NCBI GenBank assembly: GCA_965228855.1
Contig: CBDDIJ010000003.1
Location: forward strand, 2,688,001 to 2,752,000
Source: Candidatus Obscuribacterales bacterium
Lineage (GTDB): Bacteria > Cyanobacteriota > Vampirovibrionia > Obscuribacterales > Obscuribacteraceae
DNA: 64,000 nt
Direction of reading: 5' to 3'
How positions within the stretch are numbered: the first letter of the stretch is position 1; the number at the start of each line of letters is the position of its first letter. Under the pieces are notes generated by a model. That model did not search any database and was not told the origin of the DNA. It saw nothing but the letters and a program-made list of their open reading frames with translations. Of the stretch, positions 1 through 11,383 are shown piece by piece. Made by a program: the position numbers and the translations under genes.

Positions 1-1
1 C

Positions 2-1210
2 ATCCTCAGCTTTATTGTTTCCATCGCCATTATCAGAATCGCTGGAAGATGCTGTTTCCACCTCAATGACAGGCGGAGTCAAGCGTGTGCTCGATTCAAT
101 ACTTTTCTTGCGAGCGCGCTCGGATTTCCGCTCGGAATCGAGAAGCTTCCGTTCTTCCTCAGCGATGCGCTCGCTCTTTTCAGTCTGCGAACGGCGCTTC
201 TTATCGGTGTCCGCAAGCACTATCGGCTCGACTTTGATTATGCGCTCGAGACGAGCGTGAGAACCTGTGTTGCGCAGTTCTTTGTCCGACCCAGAGGACT
301 TTTCTTCGTGAAGTGTCTCATGCATCTCGGTCGTGGAGTTGAGCGTAATCGGGTCGCGCCTGCCCATGCTGAACAATGAAAGAAAATTGCTCATGGTGTT
401 GGTGCTGGTCGAATCTCCGCCTTGCGTGTACAAGTACAGAATCGGTTCGCGCAGATCGTCTGCATTTTTGTAGCGCGCCAGCATTCCACGACTGGCAGCC
501 GAAACTGCTCCGGTTTCTTCAGAGACGACGATGCACAAGCCGTCGTATGTTTCAGATAGACCAATCGCAGCTCTGTGTCGCGTTCCATAACGATAACTGA
601 GCTGAGGATCGTCCGTCATCGGCAAAATCACACCTGCTGCAATTATCTTGTCCTGCCTTATTACTACGGCTCCATCATGAAGGGGAGAATTCGGGAAAAA
701 GATGCTCAACAACAATGTCGATGATATGTTGGCATTAACTGTGGTGCCCGGGCTGACGTAGTCGCGTTCGCCTTGCGACGGCTCGATGACAATCAACGCG
801 CCAGTTTTCGAGCGGGAAAGTTCACGAACAGCGGAGATTATTTGTTCGATCTCTCGCTTGGTTTTCTCCATCTCTGCGTCTGTCAAAGACCAGTCGATCT
901 TAAGACTTTGCATTCGGCCAAGGTGACTCAAGCCGCGCCGCAACTCAGGTTGGAAGATGATAACGAGTGCGATTAATACAACAGGAACGAATGTATGGAG
1001 AAGCGAAGTGATAAGTGTAAAGTGAAGAACATACGCGAGTCCCCAGATCGCAGCAATCACGAGAACACCCTTGACGAGCCGTTCTGCATTACTGCCGATT
1101 ATGCGTTGCCAACTCCAGGCAATCAAATAACTGATCATGAGAACCTGAATGACAAGCGGAATCAGGATTTCCCATTTTGGTGGATTAATGATGCCGAGCA
1201 GATCTTCCAT
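2..1210 (-). CDS. cdaA: Diadenylate cyclase CdaA (membrane-anchored DAC domain), 3' end runs off the window
   Basis: Not in the ORF track; translated by hand from ATG at 1210: three N-terminal hydrophobic segments, 'IIFQPELRRGL', 'SPLHDGAVVI' (DGA) and 'YGTRHRAAIGLSE' (RHR). Directly downstream of lysA. Confidence 0.93.
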   Translation of the reverse strand, partial: MEDLLGIINPPKWEILIPLVIQVLMISYLIAWSWQRIIGSNAERLVKGVLVIAAIWGLAYVLHFTLITSLLHTFVPVVLIALVIIFQPELRRGLSHLGRMQSLKIDWSLTDAEMEKTKREIEQIISAVRELSRSKTGALIVIEPSQGERDYVSPGTTVNANISSTLLLSIFFPNSPLHDGAVVIRQDKIIAAGVILPMTDDPQLSYRYGTRHRAAIGLSETYDGLCIVVSEETGAVSAASRGMLARYKNADDLREPILYLYTQGGDSTSTNTMSNFLSLFSMGRRDPITLNSTTEMHETLHEEKSSGSDKELRNTGSHARLERIIKVEPIVLADTDKKRRSQTEKSERIAEEERKLLDSERKSERARKKSIESSTRLTPPVIEVETASSSDSDNGDGNNKAED

Positions 1211-1235
1211 CAATTACTTCCACGTGAGCCCAACA

Positions 1236-2564
1236 CTAGCGTAACCAATCCGGCAATCGATCTTGCCGCAGCAAGTCATCATTACTTTCGCGCTCGACAA
1301 TCACCTCCGCGGTTCCATCTTTTATGAGCACGCAGGCTGGTCGTCCAGTCCTGTTGTAATTCGACGCCATACTGTAGTTGTAGGCGCCGGTTCCGAAAAC
1401 GGCTATTAAGTCACCCATTTCGGCGGCAATATCCGCATCTTTTATGATTATATCGCCTGATTCGCAATACCTGCCGACCAGAGTCACCGGCGCATCCGAC
1501 GGAGGCGCGTCCATGCGGCTCGCGATTGCGGCTGTGTATCTCGCGTTATAAGTTGACGGGCGCGGATTATCAGCCATCCCTCCGTCGACAGACACATAGA
1601 AACCACCGTTTGCAAGCGGCTTCACGTCGCCAGCGGTGTAAAGTGTGACACCCGCCGATCCCACAATTGACCGCCCAGGTTCGACTAACAGCTTCGGAAG
1701 CGGCAACAATCGCTTTTGAAACGCTTCGGAAACCGCATCAGCGAGACCTTTCGCCCAATCGTACAGCGATAACGGCTTGTCTTCGAGGGTGTAGGCAATC
1801 CCCAAGCCACCGCCGACATCAACAACTTCGAGGGTCATGCCGTAAGTCTGTTGAAGTCCGACAATAGTGTCGGCAAGGATTTCAACAATCTCGACGTAAT
1901 CTTCCATCTCATGAGTCTGGCTACCTATGTGGGCATGAACGCCCACCAGCTTCACCCAGGGGCTCAGTGCCAGGCCCGCGAATTCTTCGACTTCGTTAAG
2001 AGGAATACCGAATTTGCTTCCATGCTGCCCGGTTTTGATGTGTTCGTGAGTATCCGGTTCAACCCCTGGTACCACGCGAACCAGTATGCGAGCCTGTTTC
2101 CCGATGACACCAGCGATCTCATTTAACCGACTCAGTTCGGAGAAGCTGTCTACAACAACGTGAACATCATTGTTCACAGCCATCTTCAATTCCTGGTCAG
2201 TTTTATTATTGCCGTGAAGGTACATGGAGGGTCCATCTAGACCAGCTTTAAGCGCAGTGTACAGTTCTCCCTCGGATACAACATCGAGTCCCAGTCCCAG
2301 TCGCTTGACGATCTTGCACATCGCTAAGTTGAGGAAAGCCTTTCCGGCATACAGCACCTGCGAATTCGGATAGTCCTTGAGTCCAGCCCTGACAGCCTCT
2401 ACTGCGGTTTCAATGGTTTGGTAATCCATCAACCAGAGGGGCGTCCCGAAGTGCTCTGCCAGATCTACGGTATCGCACTTTCCAATCTCTAAGTGACCGT
2501 AAGAATTGGTTTCAGCGGAAACAGGCATGAGCCTTGTATTTGGCGAGATAACGGTTTTGTTCAT
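1236..2564 (-). CDS. lysA: Diaminopimelate decarboxylase
   Basis: 'YAGKAF' PLP lysine, 'HGNNK', 'SKFGI', 'HAHIGSQ', 'EPGRSIVG', 'GRYCESGD', 'GAYNYSMASNYN'. Start placed at ATG 2564; the ORF track extends to 2639. Confidence 0.96.
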   Translation of the reverse strand: MNKTVISPNTRLMPVSAETNSYGHLEIGKCDTVDLAEHFGTPLWLMDYQTIETAVEAVRAGLKDYPNSQVLYAGKAFLNLAMCKIVKRLGLGLDVVSEGELYTALKAGLDGPSMYLHGNNKTDQELKMAVNNDVHVVVDSFSELSRLNEIAGVIGKQARILVRVVPGVEPDTHEHIKTGQHGSKFGIPLNEVEEFAGLALSPWVKLVGVHAHIGSQTHEMEDYVEIVEILADTIVGLQQTYGMTLEVVDVGGGLGIAYTLEDKPLSLYDWAKGLADAVSEAFQKRLLPLPKLLVEPGRSIVGSAGVTLYTAGDVKPLANGGFYVSVDGGMADNPRPSTYNARYTAAIASRMDAPPSDAPVTLVGRYCESGDIIIKDADIAAEMGDLIAVFGTGAYNYSMASNYNRTGRPACVLIKDGTAEVIVERESNDDLLRQDRLPDWLR

Positions 2565-2705
2565 CAACAAGCCTTTCGTAGCACAGCAATCAAACGACCA
2601 GCGTAAACCAATACGAATTGGTGACGCGAACGACTTCACTCAGCAATTGTCGCAGAGCTACTATTTTACAGATTTCAGCCGGAGTTCGCTACACGAAGAA
2701 GCCCG

Positions 2706-4661
2706 TCACCGGGGCATGATCAACCTTTCCACAATCGGCACGGGGAGCGGTCCCTGGTCCAGTACGAGGTTGTGAAACTCCAGCAAATCGAATTTGTCGC
2801 CCTTTGCTTTTTGATACTTTTCGCGAAGTGCCAGCCAGTCAACAAGCCCGGCATAATAAGTCGGCAATTGCGTCGAGCTGAGCTTCGCTCGCTTCAACTT
2901 TGCCTCAGCCTCGGCTTGTGTTTGGAAACATTCTTCGGTCATCAACCTCATGGCTTCCTCATCCGTCATATCTTTTGTGTGCATGCGAACATCAAGGATG
3001 GTGTTCGCGAGCAGACGAAGACGAATCTTACGCATGGTAAGACGAAACTTGGGCTCATCACCCATGAAGCCCTCGTCCATCATCACTTGAGCGATGTATT
3101 CAGCCCAACCTTCCACATAGGGACCGTTTGCGAAAAGCGAGCGCAGCAGCCTTCTTCTCTCTGGCTGGATATTATTCAAATGTTCAAACTGAATATAGTG
3201 CCCCGGCAAAGCTTCATGAATCGTCAACCACTTGAGAGTGTAATTGTTGTTCTCACGCAACCGCGATTCAGCCTTGGTCTCAGGCGTTTTCGGATCGATT
3301 GGCGTTACCCAGTATTGCGCTTCAGACTTCGGCTCCAGGGGCGGTGCACTGTGGAAGCCGGCACCTGAGTAAATTCCCCGCATGAACATTGGCGTTTCAA
3401 TGACTTTGAGGTTATCCCGTGGGCTGAGAGAAACGATTTTCTTCTCGCGAATAAATTGCTTGATTCCCTCCAGATCGTTCTCGATCGTCTTCAACAGCTG
3501 GTCTCGATGCGGATGCTCCTCACCGATTTTGTTTAAAACCTCGCCAACAATTCTGGTTTGCTTCTCATGCTCACTTTCGCCTTCCGGATTCTTCGCTTCG
3601 GGAAACATTTTCTCGTGCATGGGAAGCGCTATTCTGAGCATGTCGGCCCGCACGTCTGTGAGCGTCCTCTCTGCATTGCTCAGAAGCTGTTCTGCATTCA
3701 AATCGGTTTCCATAACCAGTTTAAACTTTTCCGGATACAGCTCCTTTCCCAGGCGCCAACTGCGCGTGCATGGTTTCTTACCCAAATCATTCTCAAGCCA
3801 TGTTGAAAACTCTTTGAGCGCTGATATCGCCACTGGTGCCACCTTATTGTAGCGATCATTCAACGGTCCGCTAGCCGGAACCTCTTTCTTCACGGTTGTT
3901 TCTATAAGATCAACATTTCCAGCGTTCTCTTCAATTGCTGTTGAAACGAAAATTGGATCGGCGTCAGTCAAATATTCCTTTGCCTGATTGAGCGCTCGCG
4001 GTATTTGCTCGATCCGGTCGAGAACGTGACCTACTCTGGTTTCCTTAGAAGCATACTCGGATGTTAGCGGCTGAAAGAGCGCGCTTCCAATCATTTCGAC
4101 TACAGCAGTCGGATTATGTTTATAATTCTGAATCTTTTCCAATTCGAGCAAATTCAAGGCGATCTGATCGTTTAAAAGCTCAGCATCAGCAGCATTCTGA
4201 GCCGTCATGTCTTTTGGATCACATTCGATTTTAAACCGATTTTGCCACTTCTTGAAGAAGGCAATTTGCTCTTCCATAAAATCAGCGCTGACATCATCGA
4301 GCATGGCATCGAGCACTAGAGCTTTCCCAGTCTTCGAGCTGGAACCTGTTTCCTTGTGAACGTGATAGCCGACCTGAGAAGCCGCACTAGGAGAGCGCGA
4401 AAGCGCCTCTTTCACAAACTGGTCGCTAATATCTGCAAACTTCTTGTCGGTGCTCGACTCGCTAGAATTATTTTTTGATGAACTCATGCGACTGACCTTC
4501 TTCTTCTCAATTTCGCCGGTATTATTCGCAGCCGGAGCACTTACCACCACAGAAGAAGACACAGTAAAACTACTGAATGCGGCGACAAAAAGTGCGGCTC
4601 GCGACTTGAGTTTCGAATCCATAATTAAATCCCGTAAAACAATTGAGCCAGTATATCCCAT
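2706..4661 (-). CDS. DUF885-family exported protein (zinc-peptidase-like)
   Basis: 'TIHEALPGHYIQ', 'YVEGWAEY', 'TQLPTYYAG', 'EFHNLVLDQGPLP' motifs typical of DUF885; N-terminal hydrophobic segment. Start may be the ATG of MDSK. Confidence 0.85.
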   Translation of the reverse strand: MGYTGSIVLRDLIMDSKLKSRAALFVAAFSSFTVSSSVVVSAPAANNTGEIEKKKVSRMSSSKNNSSESSTDKKFADISDQFVKEALSRSPSAASQVGYHVHKETGSSSKTGKALVLDAMLDDVSADFMEEQIAFFKKWQNRFKIECDPKDMTAQNAADAELLNDQIALNLLELEKIQNYKHNPTAVVEMIGSALFQPLTSEYASKETRVGHVLDRIEQIPRALNQAKEYLTDADPIFVSTAIEENAGNVDLIETTVKKEVPASGPLNDRYNKVAPVAISALKEFSTWLENDLGKKPCTRSWRLGKELYPEKFKLVMETDLNAEQLLSNAERTLTDVRADMLRIALPMHEKMFPEAKNPEGESEHEKQTRIVGEVLNKIGEEHPHRDQLLKTIENDLEGIKQFIREKKIVSLSPRDNLKVIETPMFMRGIYSGAGFHSAPPLEPKSEAQYWVTPIDPKTPETKAESRLRENNNYTLKWLTIHEALPGHYIQFEHLNNIQPERRRLLRSLFANGPYVEGWAEYIAQVMMDEGFMGDEPKFRLTMRKIRLRLLANTILDVRMHTKDMTDEEAMRLMTEECFQTQAEAEAKLKRAKLSSTQLPTYYAGLVDWLALREKYQKAKGDKFDLLEFHNLVLDQGPLPVPIVERLIMPR

Positions 4662-4700
4662 CGGCTCGCAAAATAAAGGAACGCGATGTTCAAGCGCTTT

Positions 4701-5384
4701 TTATCGCGCAGCCAACAACATCTCCAGGTGTTCTTTTACCGTTTTCCATTCTTTGTCCAGAATGCGATACCAGGCAGTATCACGATTGCGTCCTTTGATA
4801 ATGAAGTGCTGCTCCTGAATGCCTTCGAATTTGAATCCCATTCGTAACGCTGCTCTGCGCGATCGCTCGTTCAACGAGTCACATTTCCACTCTACGCGAC
4901 GGTACCCGAGGTCGAACGCGTGACTCAACATCAAGTAGGTCGCTTCCAGATTCGCCTTCGTTCTTTGAGCCAGAGGACTGTACCAGACGTTTCCGAGTTC
5001 AACCTTCAAGTGAAAGGGATAGTTGTTCATATAGGTCGAGACTCCGAGTTGATGCTCGGAAGCAGTATCGAAGACGCAGTAACACAATCCGTTCTCGACC
5101 TCAACCTGTGGTTGTAAAAACGCACGCAATGCCGCTTCGTTTTCAAACGGTCCAGCGGACATGTAGCGCCAGATGACCGAATCCGGATCGTAATCCTCGA
5201 CTGATTTTTCACCCAGATGAACGGCGTTGCCGTTCGATATTTTGAAGAGTGTGGGCACATCTCTTTCAAGCTCTAACGGAACGAGTTTCACAAACTGTCC
5301 CGTGAGTGTCACCGCCGACGGTTTCACAGGCAATGACTTACAGCTCGCAAGATTGTTTATAGACAGAGGTTCTCCAGTGATCAT
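4701..5384 (-). CDS. GNAT N-acetyltransferase, RimJ/RimL type
   Basis: 'LGYRRVEWKCDSLNERSRRAALRMGFKFEG', 'KGRNRDTAWY'. Confidence 0.9.
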   Translation of the reverse strand: MITGEPLSINNLASCKSLPVKPSAVTLTGQFVKLVPLELERDVPTLFKISNGNAVHLGEKSVEDYDPDSVIWRYMSAGPFENEAALRAFLQPQVEVENGLCYCVFDTASEHQLGVSTYMNNYPFHLKVELGNVWYSPLAQRTKANLEATYLMLSHAFDLGYRRVEWKCDSLNERSRRAALRMGFKFEGIQEQHFIIKGRNRDTAWYRILDKEWKTVKEHLEMLLAAR

Positions 5385-5431
5385 AACTACCTGAGGGGTG
5401 ATGAGGAAGGATACAGATTTGGTTTGGCACC

Positions 5432-6412
5432 TTAGAATAGGTGGGTTTCAATTTTACAGTCAGGGCGAACCTGTGAAAAACGCTTTGTCCCAGCAGTGGT
5501 AATTCCTCGACATTCACCGACCCGAACTGATTTCAACGAGAGCAGTCTGGCTAATTGCATCAAACCAGCATCCGTGATCTTCGTATTACCGGCGCTGAGA
5601 ACCTGCAGTCCAGGCGCTGCCGCCATGATTGCGGGAACATCACTGTCACCGATGTTGCAATGATCTAAACCAAGTTTTCGAAGTTTAGTATCTTTCAAGT
5701 ATTTCCTAATGCCATCGCCGGTAACGGCAGTATTTTCACAATAGATTGCAAACAAATCCATTGGCGCAGCATATCTGAAAAACTCATTTGTCACTCGCGT
5801 GCTTCCCACATAGATCCGCTTCATACTCTTACAACTCTGCATACTTTTGACGCCTTCATCGCTAATGGCAGTGCCGTTCACGACTATGATGCCGAGAACC
5901 GGAAGAATCGCAAGCTTTTTCATACCGGCATCAGTCACTTTAGTACTGCTCAGATCCAGCTTAAACATGGTGGGTATTTTTGTTATCGATTCCAGCCCGG
6001 CGTCAGAGACTGCTGTTCCGGAAAGATCGAGCTTGGAAAGCGGCATGTGCTCGATGTACTTCAGTCCCGCATCGGTCACCTTCGAGTGTGATAGGTTGAG
6101 TTCCTTGAGCAGTTTCAGTTTGGCGACCTTGGGCATCAACGCATCGGTTACCGTGACGGCGGAAAGATCGCAGTTTGTAGCATTCGGGTTTCGATCGACG
6201 ATACTATTGACGGTATCACTGTCGTAGTCGCTGCCCATCAAATCTTCTGAGAAGTCTTCAGAGATACGGACCTTTTCCACATCGCGAACGTGCTTGTCTT
6301 CTTGATCTATGAGTTTAAACGTTAAAGCGATGAAACCACCGATCAGCAAAACTCCAACTATTCCAAGAACCAAGAAATCGCGATTCTTCGGTGCTCCGTC
6401 TTTTTTCGACAA
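5432..6412 (-). CDS. Membrane-anchored leucine-rich-repeat protein
   Basis: One N-terminal TM helix, then ~24-aa repeats 'LxxLdLsxtxVTDaGlxxl'. Confidence 0.85.
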   Translation of the reverse strand: MSKKDGAPKNRDFLVLGIVGVLLIGGFIALTFKLIDQEDKHVRDVEKVRISEDFSEDLMGSDYDSDTVNSIVDRNPNATNCDLSAVTVTDALMPKVAKLKLLKELNLSHSKVTDAGLKYIEHMPLSKLDLSGTAVSDAGLESITKIPTMFKLDLSSTKVTDAGMKKLAILPVLGIIVVNGTAISDEGVKSMQSCKSMKRIYVGSTRVTNEFFRYAAPMDLFAIYCENTAVTGDGIRKYLKDTKLRKLGLDHCNIGDSDVPAIMAAAPGLQVLSAGNTKITDAGLMQLARLLSLKSVRVGECRGITTAGTKRFSQVRPDCKIETHLF

Positions 6413-6517
6413 AGTCTGCCACCCCTCAATGTCACCAAAATATGGTACAAGCCGGGAGCGGCATCAATCAATATCAAAAGTATTCGAATACTCGCCACTT
6501 TTCAAGAAAGTGGCTAT

Positions 6518-7312
6518 TTAGTATAAGTCCATAGGGCGGAGTCGCGGTACGTAGGCGGTCGGACGATCCATTCCAGTCAGGCTAAACGATAAATTGAGGA
6601 CTTCATCAACGTTACAAGCATTCAACTTACTTGCGCTAACCATCATGGCGACGTTTGTTTCAACGAGTTCGAGTGCTTGCTGGAGTGTAGGCTCCAACCA
6701 ACCATTCGCAAAAGTAAAAACACCGACTATCTCACCATCAAACATGTAGATGAACGCGAGGACTTCGTCGGTAGCAAAACGCTTCAACACTATGCAGCCA
6801 GGCATGCGGGTTCGCAAAAGGTTTTGAAAAACAAAATGGAGCGTTTCCGGAGCGCCTTTACCGAGAGGTTGATGGAATACCTCGCCGTGAAACAAACTGG
6901 TGGCAGAAAGAGCAAGGTTTTCCGGAAGGATGTAGGTATCTACGATGCTGTCAGGAATCGAGATATCATCAAGGAAGCACTCAAATGCCTCCTGTCCAAA
7001 CAGTTGCGAATCCAGGTCTTTCTGACCGTATATACACCCGAGTGCGCGTCCGCGATAACATAGAAGTGCCGCTCGCGACTTTTTCTTTGGTGATACCACC
7101 TTCAAACAGCACGTACTTTGCTTTCCTTCAATCGAGATCAATAGCTGTTTATATCTGACCTTCTCAGCAATTGAAACGTCACGCTCCAGCTCGGACAGTG
7201 GGAACGGAACAAGTCCGACCGCTCTGCGATTCGATCCTCTAGCTGTCGATTCGAATGCAGTGACCTTTTCGATTTCTTCACGGGCAGTGAGTTTTTCTTT
7301 CCAAACAAACAC
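6518..7312 (-). CDS. Hypothetical protein with two internal beta-rich modules
   Basis: 264-aa ORF with GTG start and GGAGG 8 nt upstream; no family recognised with confidence. Confidence 0.65.
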   Translation of the reverse strand: MFVWKEKLTAREEIEKVTAFESTARGSNRRAVGLVPFPLSELERDVSIAEKVRYKQLLISIEGKQSTCCLKVVSPKKKSRAALLCYRGRALGCIYGQKDLDSQLFGQEAFECFLDDISIPDSIVDTYILPENLALSATSLFHGEVFHQPLGKGAPETLHFVFQNLLRTRMPGCIVLKRFATDEVLAFIYMFDGEIVGVFTFANGWLEPTLQQALELVETNVAMMVSASKLNACNVDEVLNLSFSLTGMDRPTAYVPRLRPMDLY

Positions 7313-7465
7313 GACATGCGCCTCCGGGGGGAGAAACTGGGCCCGCGATGGGGCAGTTGTAAGGGGATGCGAACATGGTAAGGTTTCCTGACATTATCAC
7401 TCAGGTCAGACTGGGACACTGGGGAAACTACGTAGTGCACACCAAAATTGTTGCCAGAAATCTGA

Positions 7466-8368
7466 TTAAGACGTCATTGCCTCTTCCGGCACCTCTGGAA
7501 TTTCAGGAACTTCCGGAAGCTCCTTCTGACCGGATGTCAGAGTGCTGCCAATTGACGCGACAATGATACTTCCAACAGCGAACCACTGGCTGGTTGAAAG
7601 CATTTCATGCAAGATTAAAAGCGCGGAGAATGCGCCAACGACAGGTTCCAAACTTAGGAGAATCGCGAATGTTTGTTTCGGCAAGTGGCGTAAGGCATAC
7701 ATTTCCAGAGAGTAGGGGAGCGCACTGGACAGTAGCGCCACGACAAATCCAAAGATCATAAGATTTGGCTCGAGCAAAGCTGTACCACCACGGGCGATAC
7801 CGAATGGCAGCACCACCAGTGATGCAGTCGACATACTTAAAGCGGTCGATAGGCCGATGTGCATCTTGCCGGCTTGCTTGCCATAGATGATGTACATCGC
7901 CCAACAAGCGGCGGCTCCAAGCACGAAAAGAACGCCAATCGGATCAAGGCTGTCACTGCCCTGGTTCCAGGGAAGCAGCAAAGCTAAACCGAAAACCACG
8001 AAAGCAATCCAGAGGAAATCCAGTTTACGCCGCGAAGAGAACATCGCAACGGCGAGCGGACCAGTAAATTCAATTGCAATTGCTATGCCCAACGGTATCG
8101 TGCTGATCGCTTTGTAGAACATCAGGTTCATCGCACCGAGAATTATTCCAAAGCGCGCAATCGCGAATGCATTTTCCTTTGTTAACGGAAAACGCCATGG
8201 TCTCCAGATTCCCAGAAGAATGAGAGAAGCGAAGCAGACTCGATAGGTGGTAGCCCCCTCGGGGCCGACTTGAGCAAAAATCTGTTTAGCGAAAGAAGCG
8301 CCGACGCACAGAGATACGATTGCGCCGATTACTGCCAGAGCAGGTATAAATCTAGCCGGTGTGTTCAT
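7466..8368 (-). CDS. EamA/DMT transporter, RhtA-like threonine/homoserine exporter
   Basis: About 10 TM helices; 'IPLGIAIAIEFTGPLAVA', 'SSALPYSLEMYALRHLP', 'LSLEP'. Start at ATG 8368. Confidence 0.88.
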   Translation of the reverse strand: MNTPARFIPALAVIGAIVSLCVGASFAKQIFAQVGPEGATTYRVCFASLILLGIWRPWRFPLTKENAFAIARFGIILGAMNLMFYKAISTIPLGIAIAIEFTGPLAVAMFSSRRKLDFLWIAFVVFGLALLLPWNQGSDSLDPIGVLFVLGAAACWAMYIIYGKQAGKMHIGLSTALSMSTASLVVLPFGIARGGTALLEPNLMIFGFVVALLSSALPYSLEMYALRHLPKQTFAILLSLEPVVGAFSALLILHEMLSTSQWFAVGSIIVASIGSTLTSGQKELPEVPEIPEVPEEAMTS

Positions 8369-8488
8369 AGGGTTTCCAGTGCACCGATACACTGCATCGA
8401 CAAACCTTTATCATCGAAAACTCACGATCTCGGTGCCTTAAAAACATAACCGTGAGAGGCTCTTTTAGCGCGATTATGTTTTCGCCAT

Positions 8489-8998
8489 TCAGAAATTCGT
8501 TACAAACACACTCTCACAGTGAATCAAGGTTACCTGCTCATACTCTGTGGAAGCAAACATCTTTGAGGCCTCAGTGTTTATACACTCTGACTCCTGCAAC
8601 AAGTCCGACTCTCCAACCGTGCGCACGAGTTCTCCAGCCAGCGAAGAAGACAGTCCAAGCATGACCACGTCAAATCTGTATTCTGAACTATGATCAGCTG
8701 TTTCAACTTTGTAGGCACGTGCAGCGGACAGTATCTTTCTTTGCTTACGCCAGTTAAGCGTGTGGGAAACGGACTCATACCAGTCATGATTGTTGATTTG
8801 TGACAGCGCTCTTGTCTTCACCTCAATGAAAACAGTTACTCCATCAGGATTTCGCATTACAAGATCGATCTCAGACGAGCGTCCTATGCGAAACTTGGTC
8901 CGCAACAAATGCCATCCGCAGTGCATCAAGTAGCGCATCACCAGCGCCTCTCCAATGTCACCCAGTCTCTTCCGCCACAATCGCTTATCGTCGTTCAT
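8489..8998 (-). CDS. YraN (UPF0102) family endonuclease-like protein
   Basis: 'LGDIGEALV', 'EIDLV', 'VFIEVKTR', 'RFDVV'. GGAG upstream of ATG 8998. Confidence 0.85.
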   Translation of the reverse strand: MNDDKRLWRKRLGDIGEALVMRYLMHCGWHLLRTKFRIGRSSEIDLVMRNPDGVTVFIEVKTRALSQINNHDWYESVSHTLNWRKQRKILSAARAYKVETADHSSEYRFDVVMLGLSSSLAGELVRTVGESDLLQESECINTEASKMFASTEYEQVTLIHCESVFVTNF

Positions 8999-9123
8999 TC
9001 TGCGAACTCCCTCAAGTAACAGTACGCAACGCTCGCCCTGTAGGACGACAAACATAAGTGCTGCTTGGATATAATGCTTAATCCACATATGTAGATTCTG
9101 GAAAAGCGGCACCTACTATGTAA

Positions 9124-10437
<1,314 letters not shown>

Positions 10438-10448
10438 AGGACATCGAG

Positions 10449-11246
10449 ATGGCAGAAGGCATGCGCGGTTCGGATAAACGAATATCTGAATCCGGTATGC
10501 ACGAGATTCAGCATCTGGCGGATCCTGCCGACCAGGTGCGCTATCGTCATGTTCAATGGGTCGCGGCTGGCTCCGCTTTGACTCACGTGATAGCTGTCTT
10601 TCTTGCTATCTATGCCTTTCGCGCCGGCGATTTGCAAGAACTATCTCTCATCAATCTGATGCACTTCGTGCCGAACAACGTAGCGCTATGGCAAGTGTGC
10701 TGCTTCGCTATCGGGATATCCAGCCTCTCATTTCTGGCACTCTACATAGCAGTTAAACAGATTCTGCGACTGCGCCACAGCGTTTGGATTAATACCGCGA
10801 CGTTCTTAGTCGTCATCGCAATCGCTCTGGACATGCAATCCTACGGCAACCTCATGGTATTTTTCAGCGATATCTGCGTGCAACTCACGCGTTCATCCGG
10901 ATACAAACAGCTGCTGATGCTGGAAGGATGGAGAAGTGTAAACCAGGGACTGACGCAATCCGTTCTTATTGGAAACACTTTGTACTCATTGGCTGGGTTG
11001 GTAATGGCTGGTGCGATTGTCGCCGGGAAAGGTCTGCCAAACTGGCTGGGCTGGACATCCGTGCCGATCTGGCTAGTCGGATTGGCTGCATCAGGCTTGA
11101 CCTTTGCCGGACAACTTTCATGGGCGCTTGTCCTGATGTTCGCAATGACCATCGCTTTCATAATCTGGACAATCGCCCTGGCCGTCGCTGTTGACCCCTA
11201 TACGACCAGCCACAAATTCCCGATCGATCACAACCCAGCCAACTAA
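10449..11246 (+). CDS. Integral membrane protein (~6 TM), DUF4386-like
   Basis: Alternating hydrophobic helices; 'LPNWLGW' near the C-terminus; 11 bp after serS. Confidence 0.6.
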   Translation: MAEGMRGSDKRISESGMHEIQHLADPADQVRYRHVQWVAAGSALTHVIAVFLAIYAFRAGDLQELSLINLMHFVPNNVALWQVCCFAIGISSLSFLALYIAVKQILRLRHSVWINTATFLVVIAIALDMQSYGNLMVFFSDICVQLTRSSGYKQLLMLEGWRSVNQGLTQSVLIGNTLYSLAGLVMAGAIVAGKGLPNWLGWTSVPIWLVGLAASGLTFAGQLSWALVLMFAMTIAFIIWTIALAVAVDPYTTSHKFPIDHNPAN

Positions 11247-11360
11247 TCCGATTTAATAAATTGGCTGGTTGCTAATACCTACCAATCGAGTTATATTCCA
11301 AGTCAGGAGGTCCCACAAGACCGCCTCTTGCGATATTACAGCTGGTTTAAACAAAACCAG
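11235..11360. promoter_or_regulatory. Two inverted repeats upstream of the MocR regulator (candidate operator sites)
   Basis: CCAGCCAA(11235-11242)-N18-TTGGCTGG(11261-11268) and CTGGTTT(11342-11348)-N5-AAACCAG(11354-11360); both contain CTGG/CCAG half-sites. Confidence 0.4.
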
Positions 11361-11383
11361 ACAATTGATTTACGTGGCAGACA

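Noticed and set aside
15..1327. Short ORFs listed by the track in the first 1.3 kb
   Set aside because: They are shadows of the minus-strand cdaA frame, which the track missed because it is truncated.
7138..7440. Overlapping ORF suggesting a frameshifted start for the 6518-7312 gene
   Set aside because: The GTG at 7312 has its own well-spaced GGAGG, so no frameshift is needed.
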